64,000 bases of DNA from assembly GCA_964035545.1 (NCBI GenBank), contig OZ037773.1, forward strand, positions 3,067,751 through 3,131,750. The letters run 5' to 3'. Below the pieces are notes generated by a model. It saw nothing but the letters and a program-made list of their open reading frames with translations. It did no database searches and was not told the DNA's origin. The position numbers and the translations under genes are program-made. The DNA is from Bugula neritina (lineage: Eukaryota > Animalia > Bryozoa). Positions 1 to 13,320 of this stretch are shown one piece after another (the first letter of the stretch is position 1; every line of letters begins with the position of its first letter).

Positions 1-1139
1 CATTTACTTTTACATGAATAATCAGTTTCTCAGTTTTTTTCTTTATCTTCATGAACAAGCATTAACTTTGAAGACCTAAAAATAATGCACACAATTTTGA
101 GGTATTTTTCTTCTTAAGTGTTTAAAATGTTTGACAGTTGGAAGAATATTTGGACATGATGTCAGTATGTTTCCTAGTTTTTCATATGGTTGAACTTGAT
201 TTTTGTCATTCTCCTATACTCCTCAAGTGTGGAGTCCTGAATGTACACTTTTACTACGCTATTGTTCAGGGTTGTTTTAATTTTACTCTGTTACTTTACT
301 ATATTTTAATCAACAAACCCCTAATTTATATTGATGGTATTTATGGTTATATTTTAGTCAAGCTGACCTAACACTTGTTCAGTTCAGGCTCATCAATGTA
401 TGTTTGGTTTAGAAAATTAAACTGCAATGTGAAGTATTCAGACTAGTTACTTAACTAAAAAATGCACTAAATGCAAGGAAATATTATGTTAATATTTGTT
501 ACCATAGTTCATTTCAAACTCATACATGTGATCAACAAAATACTTCATTTTGTTTTGCAGTGTAATCAAGATGAAATTATGAATGATGAAATTATGGATG
601 GCAGCCAATTTATTTTGACTATCAGACAAGGACTACAGTTTTTATGGTAATTTCAATTTTTGAATATATCTCTTATATTATACATAAAATGTTCACCTTC
701 TGCTTTAATTTGCAGCCAGGTTTTACTCATGGCTGCTGTATTCAAGTCACCTCATCACACAGCCAATCTACAAGACTGTCATAAAAGTTGCTATTATATT
801 TTTTCACCAATTAATTAAAAGAAATAGAACTTCGGCTTCACAAGTGGTGTCACTCTCATACTCATTGTTTTACTTAATTTTGCCATCCTCCTATTCTTCA
901 CTGTATTCTTTTAGGTCGCAGTGTTCTGCACTAATCTATGATCTCTTTTGATTTTTAACCCCCATGTTTAAATGTTTTGGTCTTGCTCCCTTTTTCTGGA
1001 GTTTCACACTGATGTAGCTGATTCCCTTCTTGTTTTATTGTTCTCTGCTGCATAGGTGCCCATATTATTCCAGCCTTCTCTTTCCCACAAATATAGTTAC
1101 TGCATTTACTGCCGCCCTGTCTCAGATCCCTTCATTTCT

Positions 1140-1644
1140 GGGAACGAAGCAATATTCCGAAGGCCCATTGCTCCGAAGGTCCATTAGTCCGAAAATTAGT
1201 ACACACAGGCATCCTCACTGAGAATATCATTAATATCACTCACAATTCAGTTTAAGTTCTTGCTATATTATTGATCTGTGGGTGGCATGCGTGTTGCCTA
1301 TTTGTGATTGTTTAGCCTGAGATTACACTATGATCAATAAGGGCTGTATCGTTTATCAACATTCCATTATGGCTGCTCCATAAACAAAGTACACACCAAG
1401 CTATTCATTAGCCTGTCACCTCGCAAGCCTGTAATTAATAATGTACCGTACGCATAATCATGTTGATAGATGATGTAGCAAGTAGGCAACACACATGCCA
1501 CCCACAGAGCAATAACATAGCTAGAACTTAAACTGAATTGTGAGTGAAATTAATGATATTCTCATTGAGGATGCCTGTGTGTACTAATTTTCGGACTAAT
1601 GGACCTTCGGAGCAGTGGGCATTCAGAATATTGACTAGTTACCC
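1140..1644. mobile_element. ~505-bp MITE with ~165-bp TIRs and near-perfect 8-bp TSD
   Basis: GGGAAC..CAATATTCCGAAGG... is mirrored at 1480-1644; flanks are TCATTTCT and TCATTGCT. Confidence 0.85.
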
Positions 1645-2629
1645 TCATTGCTTATGTAGCACAACTCATCTCCATGAAACCTAATTGATCCTCTAGGTAC
1701 TAAGAACTAGGGGCTGTCTGCAGTCATAATTTATTGCCAAAAGACATTGTCAGTCAAATGCACATTTTATATCAGCATTTTCAATTTTGTTGGCGTCTTC
1801 TTGATGGAGCCTTACCCTATTTCTTTTTCTACCCCTGTTTTGCATACTCTGTTGCTATGTGTCACTTCAATGAAACCATCGCCTCAACTTATTTAGTTTG
1901 ACTGTTGAAATATATTTTGCTTTTACAGGTCTAAAAGAAAGTGGCCATTTGAGTTTAAGTGCAGCTTCACTATTGACAAGAACATCTACGTTAGAGAAGA
2001 AAAGCATCTAGCTATATAATCAAGATGATTTGCATCCTGATTGTTACGATACCGCATGGTTCTGTTGTCATACTATTGTTCTTTCATACCTTTGTACTTT
2101 TTATTGTAAAGAGCTAGGCTTGAGCTCTGTAATAGGCAAGCCTACAATATATATTGACTGACAACAAATATGTCATCTCTCTCCCACATAATCGCAAGGA
2201 GTTACATTCTAGTATTGGTTCTAAAAACTCACACCTTAGTAATTAGATGCATAGCACAAAGTCTTAGCAATAGGGAGTATTGGTAAATTTTCCACATGAG
2301 TGGTGAGAAAATAACACTAACTTGAGACCTTTCTAAAACTCAACATTGCATTGCAAATAAGCTATACTTATTGTGCTTTATTCAGTGCTAGCTGGTATTT
2401 TTCAGACTGTTGGCCACAGCAAAGTATTTTGCCTTTTTTTGTACACATAGCCTAATGGTTGATTTAAGAAAATTGGAAGCTGCAGCCTACATGCACTGCA
2501 ATTCATCATTCTCATTCCGAAATGGATTTCTCATCACCTCATGGAACTAATTACATAACGAAGGAAACCACAACTGATGAGTTACTGCAACTACAAATTC
2601 ACAAAATGCTCAGTCATAGAAGCGAAGTA

Positions 2630-2790
2630 CACTGCGTTTCCATTATCGCATTATGCGAATGGATTTTTTCATTCGGCTAATGGGAACAGTTACATCCGAT
2701 GAAACGCAACTATAAGTTAATGCAAACCACAAACCGCAAATAATCCGTACAGAATTCATTCGCATTATGCGAAGTCATGGAAACGCAGTG
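2630..2790. mobile_element. ~160-bp MITE (copy at 39026-39186)
   Basis: TIR CACTGCGTTTCCAT...ATGGAAACGCAGTG with internal CGCATTATGCGAA palindromes. Confidence 0.75.
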
Positions 2791-4789
2791 ATAAAGAAGT
2801 CAATGTCAGCCCTGGTGAATATTTACCTAAAAGGCAACAAACAAATTTTACTGCACCATTTCAACAAGTTAAGATATAAAACGCCTATTCTTTTAATTTG
2901 ATTGTTCAGCTTTATTTTATTTTTAGATTGTACCAGCTGGTGCAATAAAAAATATATTTGGAAAGGCTTCAGTTTTATAGAGGAAAAGCAGTGAAATAAC
3001 TTTCGTTTTACCATGCACCCCTAATCAACGCTCTTGTAGTTTAAGAGCTTAGGTTAATAAAGTTTCTCAGCTAATTAATCCCACCTGCACACATTTTTAC
3101 ACATAATTATCAGTCGTCTCAGCACCATGCAATAGTTAGATGAAAAGGGTCATTTATTGACAATTAAAAGCCATAGTTAGCAGAGTAGTTAAAAGCCTTT
3201 TTTCAATAATAAGTTTTTGGTTGCATTTTTCAAGTTTATTCTTTCATTGTAAATTAAGATAAAAACAAAAACTGCAGGGCTTACCTACAGCCAAGTAGAG
3301 AAATATTCAATATGCTGTCAAAGGCAAACAAACTATATGAACTATTATAATATGATATTAACTATGCACATGTGCTATGCTTCTATTTATTTTTGAATTG
3401 TGGCTCAGATATGCTAAATACTCGAACTGCGGTTACTTCTTTTTCTGTTCAGCTGTATAAGTCAATAGGTAGTATTTTAGGATTGAGGTTTTTTCTTAAA
3501 TAGAATTTCTATAGGGTAGTCTTTAGTATAAATTCTTTGTCTGCTAAAATCTATGAGCAAAATAATATTTATAGTACTCCGTTTTGAAAGAATAGCACAC
3601 CATTTGGTACAGGAATTTGGCCCCTATAAAAATGCAAGTGTTGGTGATGGAAGTAGTAAACGAATTGCTACTGCAAGTGTAGAGTAGTGTGACTTTCAGC
3701 CATGACAGAACGTACTTCAGAGCATAATGACATAGCATAACGTCAATAGTTGTGCATTACACGGTTTAGTTGCCTGCTGGCCCGTTTGTAACACATTCTG
3801 TTAGTGCAAATAAGTGGTAATCCAGTAGGCCTAATGGAACTGCATTCGTGAACTATTTATAGTTAACATATTATGTCAACCACAATATCATTACCCTTTG
3901 ACCATCTTTGTTTTCCATATGCCTATTGTGAACTGCATAATGTTAGCCAACATGTTTTGTAAGCTTATCAGTTTAGCTATAGCTATATAAATGCTTGTAA
4001 GCTTGCTCGCACCTGGCAATACCATGGTAGGCCAACTGCTAGGACCATGACTAGTGCAGCCACAATTAATATAACCAACCAGCTTTCACTGTAGTGTGGC
4101 CATATGTTTGGCTTTGTTAATATTTTGTCAGAGTGCAAGTCTCAACTGATGCCATAAATTGCAATGTGAAAACTATCATGAATCAAGTAATATGTTGGTA
4201 AAGATATGCAAAAATGTATAACAAGTCACAAAGTTATCTCAAAACAATCAGGGTTTCAAATTTCATCACTGATGGCCATAGCTCAAGCAAGTTGAATATC
4301 ATTGCAACAAAAAGGAAGCAACTTATTTTCTCCAAAAAATTTGTTATTGTAAAAATAAGTAAAACTAATTTAATTTTTAAAATTTACCTCTAATATTAGT
4401 TTAGATCTTTTCATGATTTGCGGACGTAAACCTAAAATTAAGGCTGCATGCATGTTTTCTCAAACCAAAGTGTGTTTACCTATAAAAGATAATTTGACTT
4501 GTCAATCTATTACCTAGGTCCTAGTACATCAGTGTATATTTATATACCATAGCTCTGACCGCTGGCTGTGCCTTAGTAATAATATACAAACTACAGTTTA
4601 TTTTTAACCGTTGGTTTATTTAATCAAGATACCTTTGCAAGTAGCAACAGAGTCATAGGCCAATTTTAAAACAAGATGGCAATCCACTGCTAGTAAACAC
4701 CCTGATGGAATATAACCCACTCATTTTTCTAGCTGTTGTTTATATCATTATAGTATAATCCCTTATGTATTGGCATTCTTCCTAAGATG

Positions 4790-4870
4790 ATGCATTGGCT
4801 TCGTGGTAAACCGCGTTTCCTTTGCACTCGTTGGGTATGGGTTCAATCCTCGCAGTCAGCTAAATTTTTT
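4790..4870 (+). mobile_element. tRNA-like SINE head (copy at 41186-41266)
   Basis: A box TGGCTTCGTGG, B box GGTTCAATCC, followed by a T-run; no intact cloverleaf. Confidence 0.4.
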
Positions 4871-7828
4871 GCAATCTTGCATTCTTGTCAAATACTTCCA
4901 CTAAATTATTTTTACTAATTTTACACATTGATATGTGTAATAATAGTGATGGGTCAAATATGACTATAGTTGTAGAATTTCTTTCACTTTTTAAATAACA
5001 CTCAACAGGTGGACAGTGTATATAGTACATACATATTAGTTAGATACTGAACACTGGGCTAAATATAGGGTTTAGTTATTAAGTAAATATTGATAGTTGG
5101 TGCAATAATGGAGAAATTAAGTTATGTACATGTTCTTGTGATTACATTTTTATTAACCGCACCCCACGCTAAAATTTGTTATCCAGATGAAGAAGGTTAA
5201 GCTATCAAAGCTTTTAAATTACTGCACAGAAGTGTAAAAATAGCAGCCTATTTCTTCTTGTTATATAGTGAAATGACATTCATTATGTATATAGGCATAT
5301 ATATATATATTTTAATTCTGTTACATCATATTTTAGCTTTAAAACAAGCATGTTATGTCCATTTGTTTATCACACCCCTGCAGTAAATATGTCAAAAATT
5401 CCTTACTTTTGCTACCTAAAATTTCTTTTAAAATATAAGCAGCTACATAGAGCATTTTTTCAAGTTAGAAAATATGTATATATATTTTTCAACTACGTTT
5501 TAAAAGGAATACAAATATGTAAACCACAAAGCAGTGATTGTCTTCTTTCAATGCCATATTTTTGATGACACCAAGAAAGAAGGTGATAATGCAACTCCTA
5601 AGAGCATGTGCACTAAATCGCTCCTCTGTCTGAGAGTATACCATTTGTATTAATGTATGAAGTCTTCAACATATATTTCAACTTATTTTTGCAAGTAACT
5701 CATGACAGTAAACTATATGCTTGCTTTTCTTCATGTGTGTGTGCGTGTGTGAGTGTGTGTGTAAAAATGCAGCACTCATAATAGTTGCTATTTTATGAAC
5801 AGCTTACTATAGCTACAGTTATATGTAATTGCATAGGAGTGTTGCAAGTGTTTGCTAAAAGATGGTATATAAAACATGTCGACGAATTTGTTGTAGAAAA
5901 ATTTAAATAATTACTTAGCATTTAGCAATAAAATTGTTCATGTACAAATCAGAAACACCAAGTTGTATGCATATATTTCAAATAGTATATGCATGAATTT
6001 GCAAAAAAAATTAGAACTTATACTTTCACTATGAGTATATGTTTTATATATGTGCTCATTTTGTATATACTGCACAATATGTTATTTACAATGTTAAACC
6101 AAAATAATCAGAACTCAATATAGTGTAATACAGGCACATCTACAATGTTAACAAATATAACATTAAAAACAAGAAACAAAATTGTTGGTATCTTTTACTT
6201 AATTTTTTACAAGCAAAAAATTATTCTTGCCGCAAACTAAATTTAAATGCTGAGGTTCGTAAAGTTATATGTTTGTTAAATTATTTTGCATTTGTTTATA
6301 TTCTACAAATAATTTCTACATCTTTTATATAATTGCGATATTTCTTTTCGTCTACTACATGCAGCTCATTATATGCATATGTAGGCTATATACAATGCAG
6401 CATAAAATTTTATAATACTAAGCAAAAAATGCTATGAAAATAAAAACATTTTACAAAATGATATTATATTATGGTAGCAATAAAGTTGTAATAGACTATT
6501 ATTTAATGAGAAGACAATTATGTCTTTATAATGAAGATTGATAAATTTATAATATGAGCTGAAATTGAGTGAGAAGACAATTATGCTTTCAAAATACTTA
6601 CAAGACTAAATTCTTATCTAATAGCTACAGTATTTAATATCCTTTGTTCAGAACAAAGTCTAAAAGGAGCGGATTTAAATAAAAATTCAGACCTGCATTT
6701 GTTAAAACTTTTCAATCAAAATTATTACATTATATTATTCTTTCTCATAACTCCTAGCTTCTAAAACCTTTTGCATGAAAAAATTGATTTAGAATGCAAA
6801 TTACTGCTAGAAATTGCCGTGTTTTAATGTCAACCCTAACTGTATCCACCACTTGTTTTAGTTGTTACGATCGTTGCCTAACCAATGAAGTTGAACTGGT
6901 TGTACCTCCAGCCAATCAATTACTTATTTCAATTGCGCCTCATTAGGCTAGGATCGTTGACGAAATCTATATAATGTAATACAAATCCCATTACCACTGA
7001 TTGACCCGAAGTTCTCTACGACTTTTATAGTGGTATAGGATAATAGATATACTGCACTTACATTATAATATTATGCAGCCTCAATTAGATTCATTGAACA
7101 TGATTGCTATCTCTATAATATGCATACATGTAGACATGTGTAGACGATTCTAAATAAATATAAATACAAGATTTATGTAAAACTATATATAAGAGATTTA
7201 TTCACTCTAAATTGTGGTATATTTTATTGTATGTATCACTATACTTTTACTGACATGTAAATATAGATATCTGAATAAAATATAATCATTCATCAGCTGC
7301 ATGTATTCATATTACACTGCCCAGCTCTCAGCTGACACTTTAATGAAAACAAGATTATTATAATAATATATATAACAATAATAATATATATAACAATATA
7401 TATTATTATAATAATATATATAACAATATATATTAGAACATAATTTTAAGGTGCCTGAAAATGTAGTTTTATTTGCCATAATTGATGAAATATTTAATAG
7501 ATCACAAATTTGCATGTTTTAATTTGCTATATACATTAACAAACTTTGCTCTATATTGGTTATGATTACAAGATTTAGCCAAAATCTTATAATAATACAC
7601 ATTTTACTTTTATATGATGACAGTTTACCAGTATAACTTAAAATTCTAGCTTATAGCTTAATTTACCCATGCAACTGCGTTTTGTAAATATAATTTTATC
7701 AATGTAATTTTGCTTTTAATGGCTCTAAGAATGTATATATGCATCAGCTTAATACAATAACCATGAACCTATATATGATTGAATATTTCAAACTGACAAT
7801 ATAATTGTATATGTTATCTTGTAGTGAG

Positions 7829-10800
7829 ATGAGAAACTGCCACTGCAGCGTTTTGTATAATCTGTCCTGTTTAGCTATCTACACTGCAGGTAGAAATTGT
7901 CCCATACCCAGTCTATAAAATATTATTCAGCTATAATATTATGCACACATGATTATATAGGACTGTTTACAGAACACAGTAGCATATAAGAATTTTTGCA
8001 GCTTACATGTATGTTTTTATGTGGTTTTAGCACAGCCATCTACAGAGATAGACTACAGTACTACAACTTCACCAGATTTCTATAAAGATGAGAAGATAAC
8101 TTTCACATATGAAGCATCTGGTTATAATAATCTGAGATCCTTACAGTTACGATATGAAGCTGATGGAGACAGCACAATCTACAGAAGTGGGTGTAGTAGA
8201 AGTTCTAAGGATGACACAGTATGGGTGAGCTTTTCAACTCCAGATATTATTACTCTCTCTGGAATAGAAGGACCTGGAGTCAGTGATGCATACTGTAACT
8301 CAGTTGGTAAACCTGAAGGTTTCACTCTTTCTGTACAACTCACTGTAACAGATTCAACACTCAATCGGAGGTTTCACTGTAGAGGGTTTGAAGGAGGAGG
8401 TGTGGGGGAAATTTTCTCCTCAGAAGTTTCAGTAGAAGTTAAAAGTAAGTTTGTAAAATAAACTTCATTTTTTTCTTAGAATATTAGTTGCCAACGTTTC
8501 TTTTATAACCCCTGTATGCGTGCAACTACTACCCTGCAACGTATACACAGATTATGTATCACATATATTCATTGATGTAATATTTATTGTCATTATACTA
8601 CTTGTTATACCTCCACTCAAATAATAAGATTCCAAATGAGAATAAAGTAACAACAATGAGCATTGCTGCAGTTTCTGTATATATGCAGCAACAATATCTG
8701 TATAAATTGAGTTTGTCATATTTCTTCCACTGGACATCTTCGTAAACAATTTGGATATATATTTATAACCTACTTATAGACATTTCATATAAACAATCAG
8801 CATAAATGAAATTACTGTATGTTCTTCACCGCATTCAACATGCAACGTGACTTCTAATTGGTTTTTGTTTTCAACAGCCGCTCCAATTGATATATTTCTA
8901 AATGTACAAGAAAAGATCACGGAAGGAACAGTGTTTAATTTTGATTGTATCTCTGCGGGGGCAGTTCCTGTGTCAAACTATGAATACGGTGAGTATTTTT
9001 TGAAATAGTTCCACAATTAATTCAGAAATAGCGTAGGAATAAAAGTAGAATATATATCACATCACTGAACCCCACCTGATATAATCAGAAATAAATTTTA
9101 AAGTGATTGAGACATATAGATTTTAAAATATTCGGGTTTTTTAAAAGCCAACACTATTGGGGTTCTTTCACAGAGTCTGACTATAACTATACATTAGTAA
9201 AACAGTTTCCATAAGATCTTTTGCTATATATACTGTGCTTGCATATACGGTAGGTATATAGCATAAATTAATGTCAACGGTGCAATAGTATAATAAGAAA
9301 TATTTACGTCTCAGAAGTAAATGGTAACACAGTGGCTGGAAAGTATACTCCTACTGAGACAGACAGAACTGGACTAACTTTATCTTGTACAGATACAGAA
9401 CATTCTAACTGGAAGAGAGGAAACACTAATAAAACTGTTACTATCATGCCACAGTGTGAGTATCATAAAAAAATTATATAATTATGCCACAGGTATATGC
9501 ATTATAGAATTAAAGCTTATATAAATTACCATACTTGGTGACATTATAACAAGCTCGCTTACAATAAATTTCATTGCTGCAGATTTAACCGTAAAACATG
9601 GTACAGATACTATAATCATAAAAGAGTTTAACCCAGGACAGTCTGATGTGAAATTAGAGTGTAGTCAACATGTGGATGCTAACCCACCACTCTCTACCTT
9701 TACTTGGACATATAATGGAGTTGTGACTACAGAAACATTTAATAAGCTGACTTTGACTTCTCAAGCAGATGGTGTATTAGAAACAGTTTCATGTACAGCT
9801 GAGAATGGTCTATGTAAGAAATTATTTAAAGAATTATCACCATTTACTGATTTGTTCAGATACAAAACTTTAGATAATTTTCACATAAATGATCCCATTA
9901 AATCTTTTGAGAAACATGCATATTGCAAAGTGATCAATACTATTAACAATCTGTATTAATTGATAATTTTCTGCCAATCAATTAATGCAGATTGTTAGTA
10001 ATATATTGATAACTTTGCAATATGTTTCTCAAAAACTTTAATGAAAGTATTTATGTGAAAATTATCCAAGCTCATTCAGAGAAGACGTGCAGATATTTTG
10101 GCCAAACTGATTTAAGCAAATTGTTGTTTATTCCTTACAAGAAAAGCATGTGTGAGAGAGATACAGAAATATTAAACAAGCAAAAGTATTTTAAATTATA
10201 GATTATTAAAGAGTGATTACTACCAATTTTGCTCATGACTTATAGGGACTGCTTTTTGCCTTCTGACAGTTTACAACGATAGGGATCTAATCTAAATTAA
10301 AAAGTGGTTGTATATATAATATGGGTTCAAAGCTTTATATAATCCTCAGAAAAAGTCTCATATTGAGAAAAGTCTTAACCGTGCATCCTTGCAGCAGCTA
10401 ATTATAGAACAAATGTATTCTGTAATTTGAATAGGAGATTATCCCCTCATTCACACTTACCGTATCGTACGCCGTAACAGCAAAAATAAAATGGCGAAGC
10501 TGTTGCATTTTGTCAACGGGTGTTCACACATTGCCGTAAAAGTACAACGCATGACGTTGAGCTGTGATCAATCATAATAAAGCCAATTCTTGTCTGCGGT
10601 GATTTGAACGCCTTTGAATATTATTTACAAATTATTCGCAACATTCTTATCAAAAGATGTTATATAAATGCTATTTACTAAATAAAAGCAATTACATGAA
10701 AAGAATCTTTTTTTTAAATATATTCGTTTTTAAAATAATTGTGCAAACTAATTTAAATAATGAATATTTAAGCCGTCCAAATCATTTTTAAGTTTTTGGT

Positions 10801-12171
10801 TTGCTTGATTTTGTGATTAGGGAAAGCTAGATTTTTAAGCTGGGTTTAATTCAAACAAGCCGGATAAAGATTTTTTAATCTTTTAAAACTTTTGAATTGG
10901 TTAAATTAAATCAAAAATAAGTGATTAAAATAAACTAGCGAAATAGTTCTTTAAATTTTAGTACCAGATCAACTCTACCCAATAGGAGCCCGCCGTGATT
11001 TTTTGAATCAAGCACTGCTTGATCAACGCCGCAACGTATACCGGAGTACGATTTAGCCCGGATGTTAACAAAATCGCTAAAATTTGCTGTTACGGCGTAC
11101 GGTACGGTAAGTGTGAATGAGGGGTATACTAGCAAGAAAGCTGTAACATGACAGACATAGATCAGTGTAATAGTAACTTATAGTACATATAAATAACTTT
11201 GTTGTGGTAACAATTTTATTATTTTTTTTGCAGCTGAAGTTGTTACTGTTTTGTGGGCTATAAAATGGAGTTGTTCTATCACACTGCCAAACACGTTGTC
11301 CACCAAAACTCTTTCTAAAACACCACCATGTGTAGACATAGACAAAGCTGCTCTGGGAGGAGCACTTGCTGGTTGTTGTCTGTTACTTATCATCACAGCT
11401 GGAGTGGCATTTTATTTTGGAAAGCTGAAAGGTAATATATAATTGAAATGTGTAATGGCACAGTAGCTTTGACTAAAAATATGTTACACTTCCACGTTTG
11501 ATATTTAGTTTGACTGCTGGGTGAATTATAACCAAACCTCAGAAATAGAGAATAATTACTAACTATCTATTCAAAGAAATTAGTTTTGATAAAAAGTTTA
11601 AAAACAATTTTATGATTAAAAAAAGGGAGTAGAAGGAACATCTAAGATCCGTCGGAAACAATATTATCTTTTTGTCATTAGCTTTATTTATTTTTACATA
11701 TATACAGGAATCAGGACAGGTAACTCCCCATACACAGAAATATCTGTCACTAGGACTGATAATGCCCAAATAACAGAAAGGTCTGTCACTAGGACTGATA
11801 ATTCCTCATACACGGAGATATCTATTACTAAGACTGATAACTCCCCATACACAGAAATGTTTTTCACTCGGACTGATAATTCCCCATACACTGATATGCC
11901 TGTCACTAGAATAGATGATCACAACTATGACTCACCAGATGTATCTCAGAGATACCAAGTCAGTCATTCTCCAGATAATGAGTCAAAGAGTATTACCAGG
12001 AAAGATGATTCATCATATGTAGAAATGTCTGTCACTAAGAAACATGTTGACAAGTATGACTCAGTTGATATTTCTCAACCACAAGCAGTCAGTCAGTCTA
12101 GAACTAACTTTGTAGATTCAGATGGCCATGTGGGACCTGCTCAGAATATGTATGCTAACATTGGACTTTAA
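7829..12171 (+). CDS. Gene A: 3-Ig-domain type-I transmembrane receptor with tandem cytoplasmic tyrosine motifs (~539 aa, 7 coding exons)
   Basis: Exons 7829-7889 (signal peptide MRNCHCSVLYNLSCLAIYTA), 8031-8444 (V-like D1), 8878-8988 + 9315-9455 (D2), 9583-9813 (D3, C..DANPP..FTW..C.AENG), 11234-11431 (D3 G-strand, stalk, TM ALGGALAGCCLLLIITAGVAFYF), 11708-12171 (tail ending MYANIGL*). All introns GT-AG and phase 1. Spliced length 1620 nt with no internal stop; exon sizes match paralogs B and C. Confidence 0.88.
10443..11124. mobile_element. 682-bp PIF/Harbinger-like MITE in gene A intron
   Basis: ~42-bp TIR CCCCTCATTCACACTTACCGTA.CGTACGCCGTAACAGCAAA with TAT 3-bp TSD on both sides. Confidence 0.88.
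11713..12078 (+). repeat. 39-bp coding minisatellite (13-aa unit RTDNSPYTE[I/M]SVT) in gene A tail
   Basis: Units start at 11713, 11752, 11791, 11830, 11869, with a YDS variant at 11908; a second diverged pair (SSYVEM, KYDSV) starts at 11998. Confidence 0.92.
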
Positions 12172-12559
12172 ATTCTTTGTTGAGTATTTTGGGCTTAGAA
12201 AAGAATTGAAAGCTTTTTATGCTAACTCTTATAGTGTACCAAAAATACTTGAACATAATATCATTTATTCAGAGCTTTTAGGCATTTTTGTGAACTTTGA
12301 AAACTTTATCTTAGTTGGAAAGTAAAATAAGCTGGAAACAGCGTTTGATATTTTAAAAAAAAAGTTGTTTCAATTTCTACCACAGTCACATTTCTAATAA
12401 AGAATTATAAAATTGCTTTTGAGATATTATTTTGCTATAGAATGTAGAAAGTAGGCAAGTAAAGCAAAAAGGCACATTTTGTTTATGAATGGGCACGTGC
12501 AGTGCTCGATTCTTATATTTTTCAAACAACAATTGATGTATGCAGTGTTGAGTTTATTG

Positions 12560-12640
12560 AGGTGTCCAGGTTTTGCTTAGCTTGCCTGCTTGCAAGCCAG
12601 AGGAGGTATTGGGTTCAAATCCCAGTGAGGGCAAAATTAT
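12560..12640 (+). mobile_element. tRNA-derived SINE head (Ala-TGC-like)
   Basis: GCCTGCTTGCAAGC anticodon-like arm and B box GGTTCAAATCC; related copy at 61015-61095 (-). Confidence 0.5.
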
Positions 12641-13320
12641 ATTTTTATTATTTACAAACATTTTACTCTTTTTCATAAGATATTCATACCAATAGTTAAA
12701 TAATTTTGCTCTGCTTTTGTTCCCTTTTCGACATTTATTTAAGGTACAGAACAGCTGAAAATTAAAAAATATATAATGGATAAATAGAAAAATTAGTTAA
12801 CATGCCTTGTTGAAATTAGACCATCTTAGTTATAATACAGCTAAGATACATTGTGAGTATAAAACACTAATAATTATTATAGTAAAATAGTCATTAAATA
12901 ATATTCAAAGGAGTCATCTTTTCTTTCACAGTGTACTGTAGCTCATAAAATCACTGAACTGAAACAATAACCCAGGGAGGTTATAGTTCAATGCATAGAA
13001 TGTACTAGCTAATCGAGCAACAACGAGGAAGTTGAGTACGTCTATACAATGTGTACATTGTTGACTTAACATATACAAACAACACACACTGATTATAGCC
13101 AATAGAAACTTTTCGGATGTAGTTAGTAGCCTATAGCTTGTGTCATTTTCTTTAATAGTCAAGTAAAAGCTAGTTTTCACTTTACTATATTATAGGTGTA
13201 GAAATGTAACTTATCTTCAACCTGCTGCTTTAGGATTAAGTTTCCTTTTACGACTTGAAGCTGTGGAAATTATATTACACAGTTTTATATAATAAAGACA
13301 ATAATTGAATCTTATGTAGT

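Larger units (their letters stand above)
1..7054 (+). repeat. Segmental duplication copy 1 (extends off the left edge)
   Basis: Matches 36397-43450 at constant offset 36396. The ORF track gives identical peptides for all ORFs in both copies, and no differences were found by eye. Identity ends after ...AGATATACTG. Confidence 0.95.

Noticed and set aside
4790-4870. Functional tRNA genes here and at 12560 and 61015
   Set aside because: Pol III box-like motifs are present but acceptor and D stems do not pair; treated as SINE heads.
138-5565. Short ORFs repeated identically at 36534-41961
   Set aside because: Identity is due to the segmental duplication, not coding conservation; no domains recognised.
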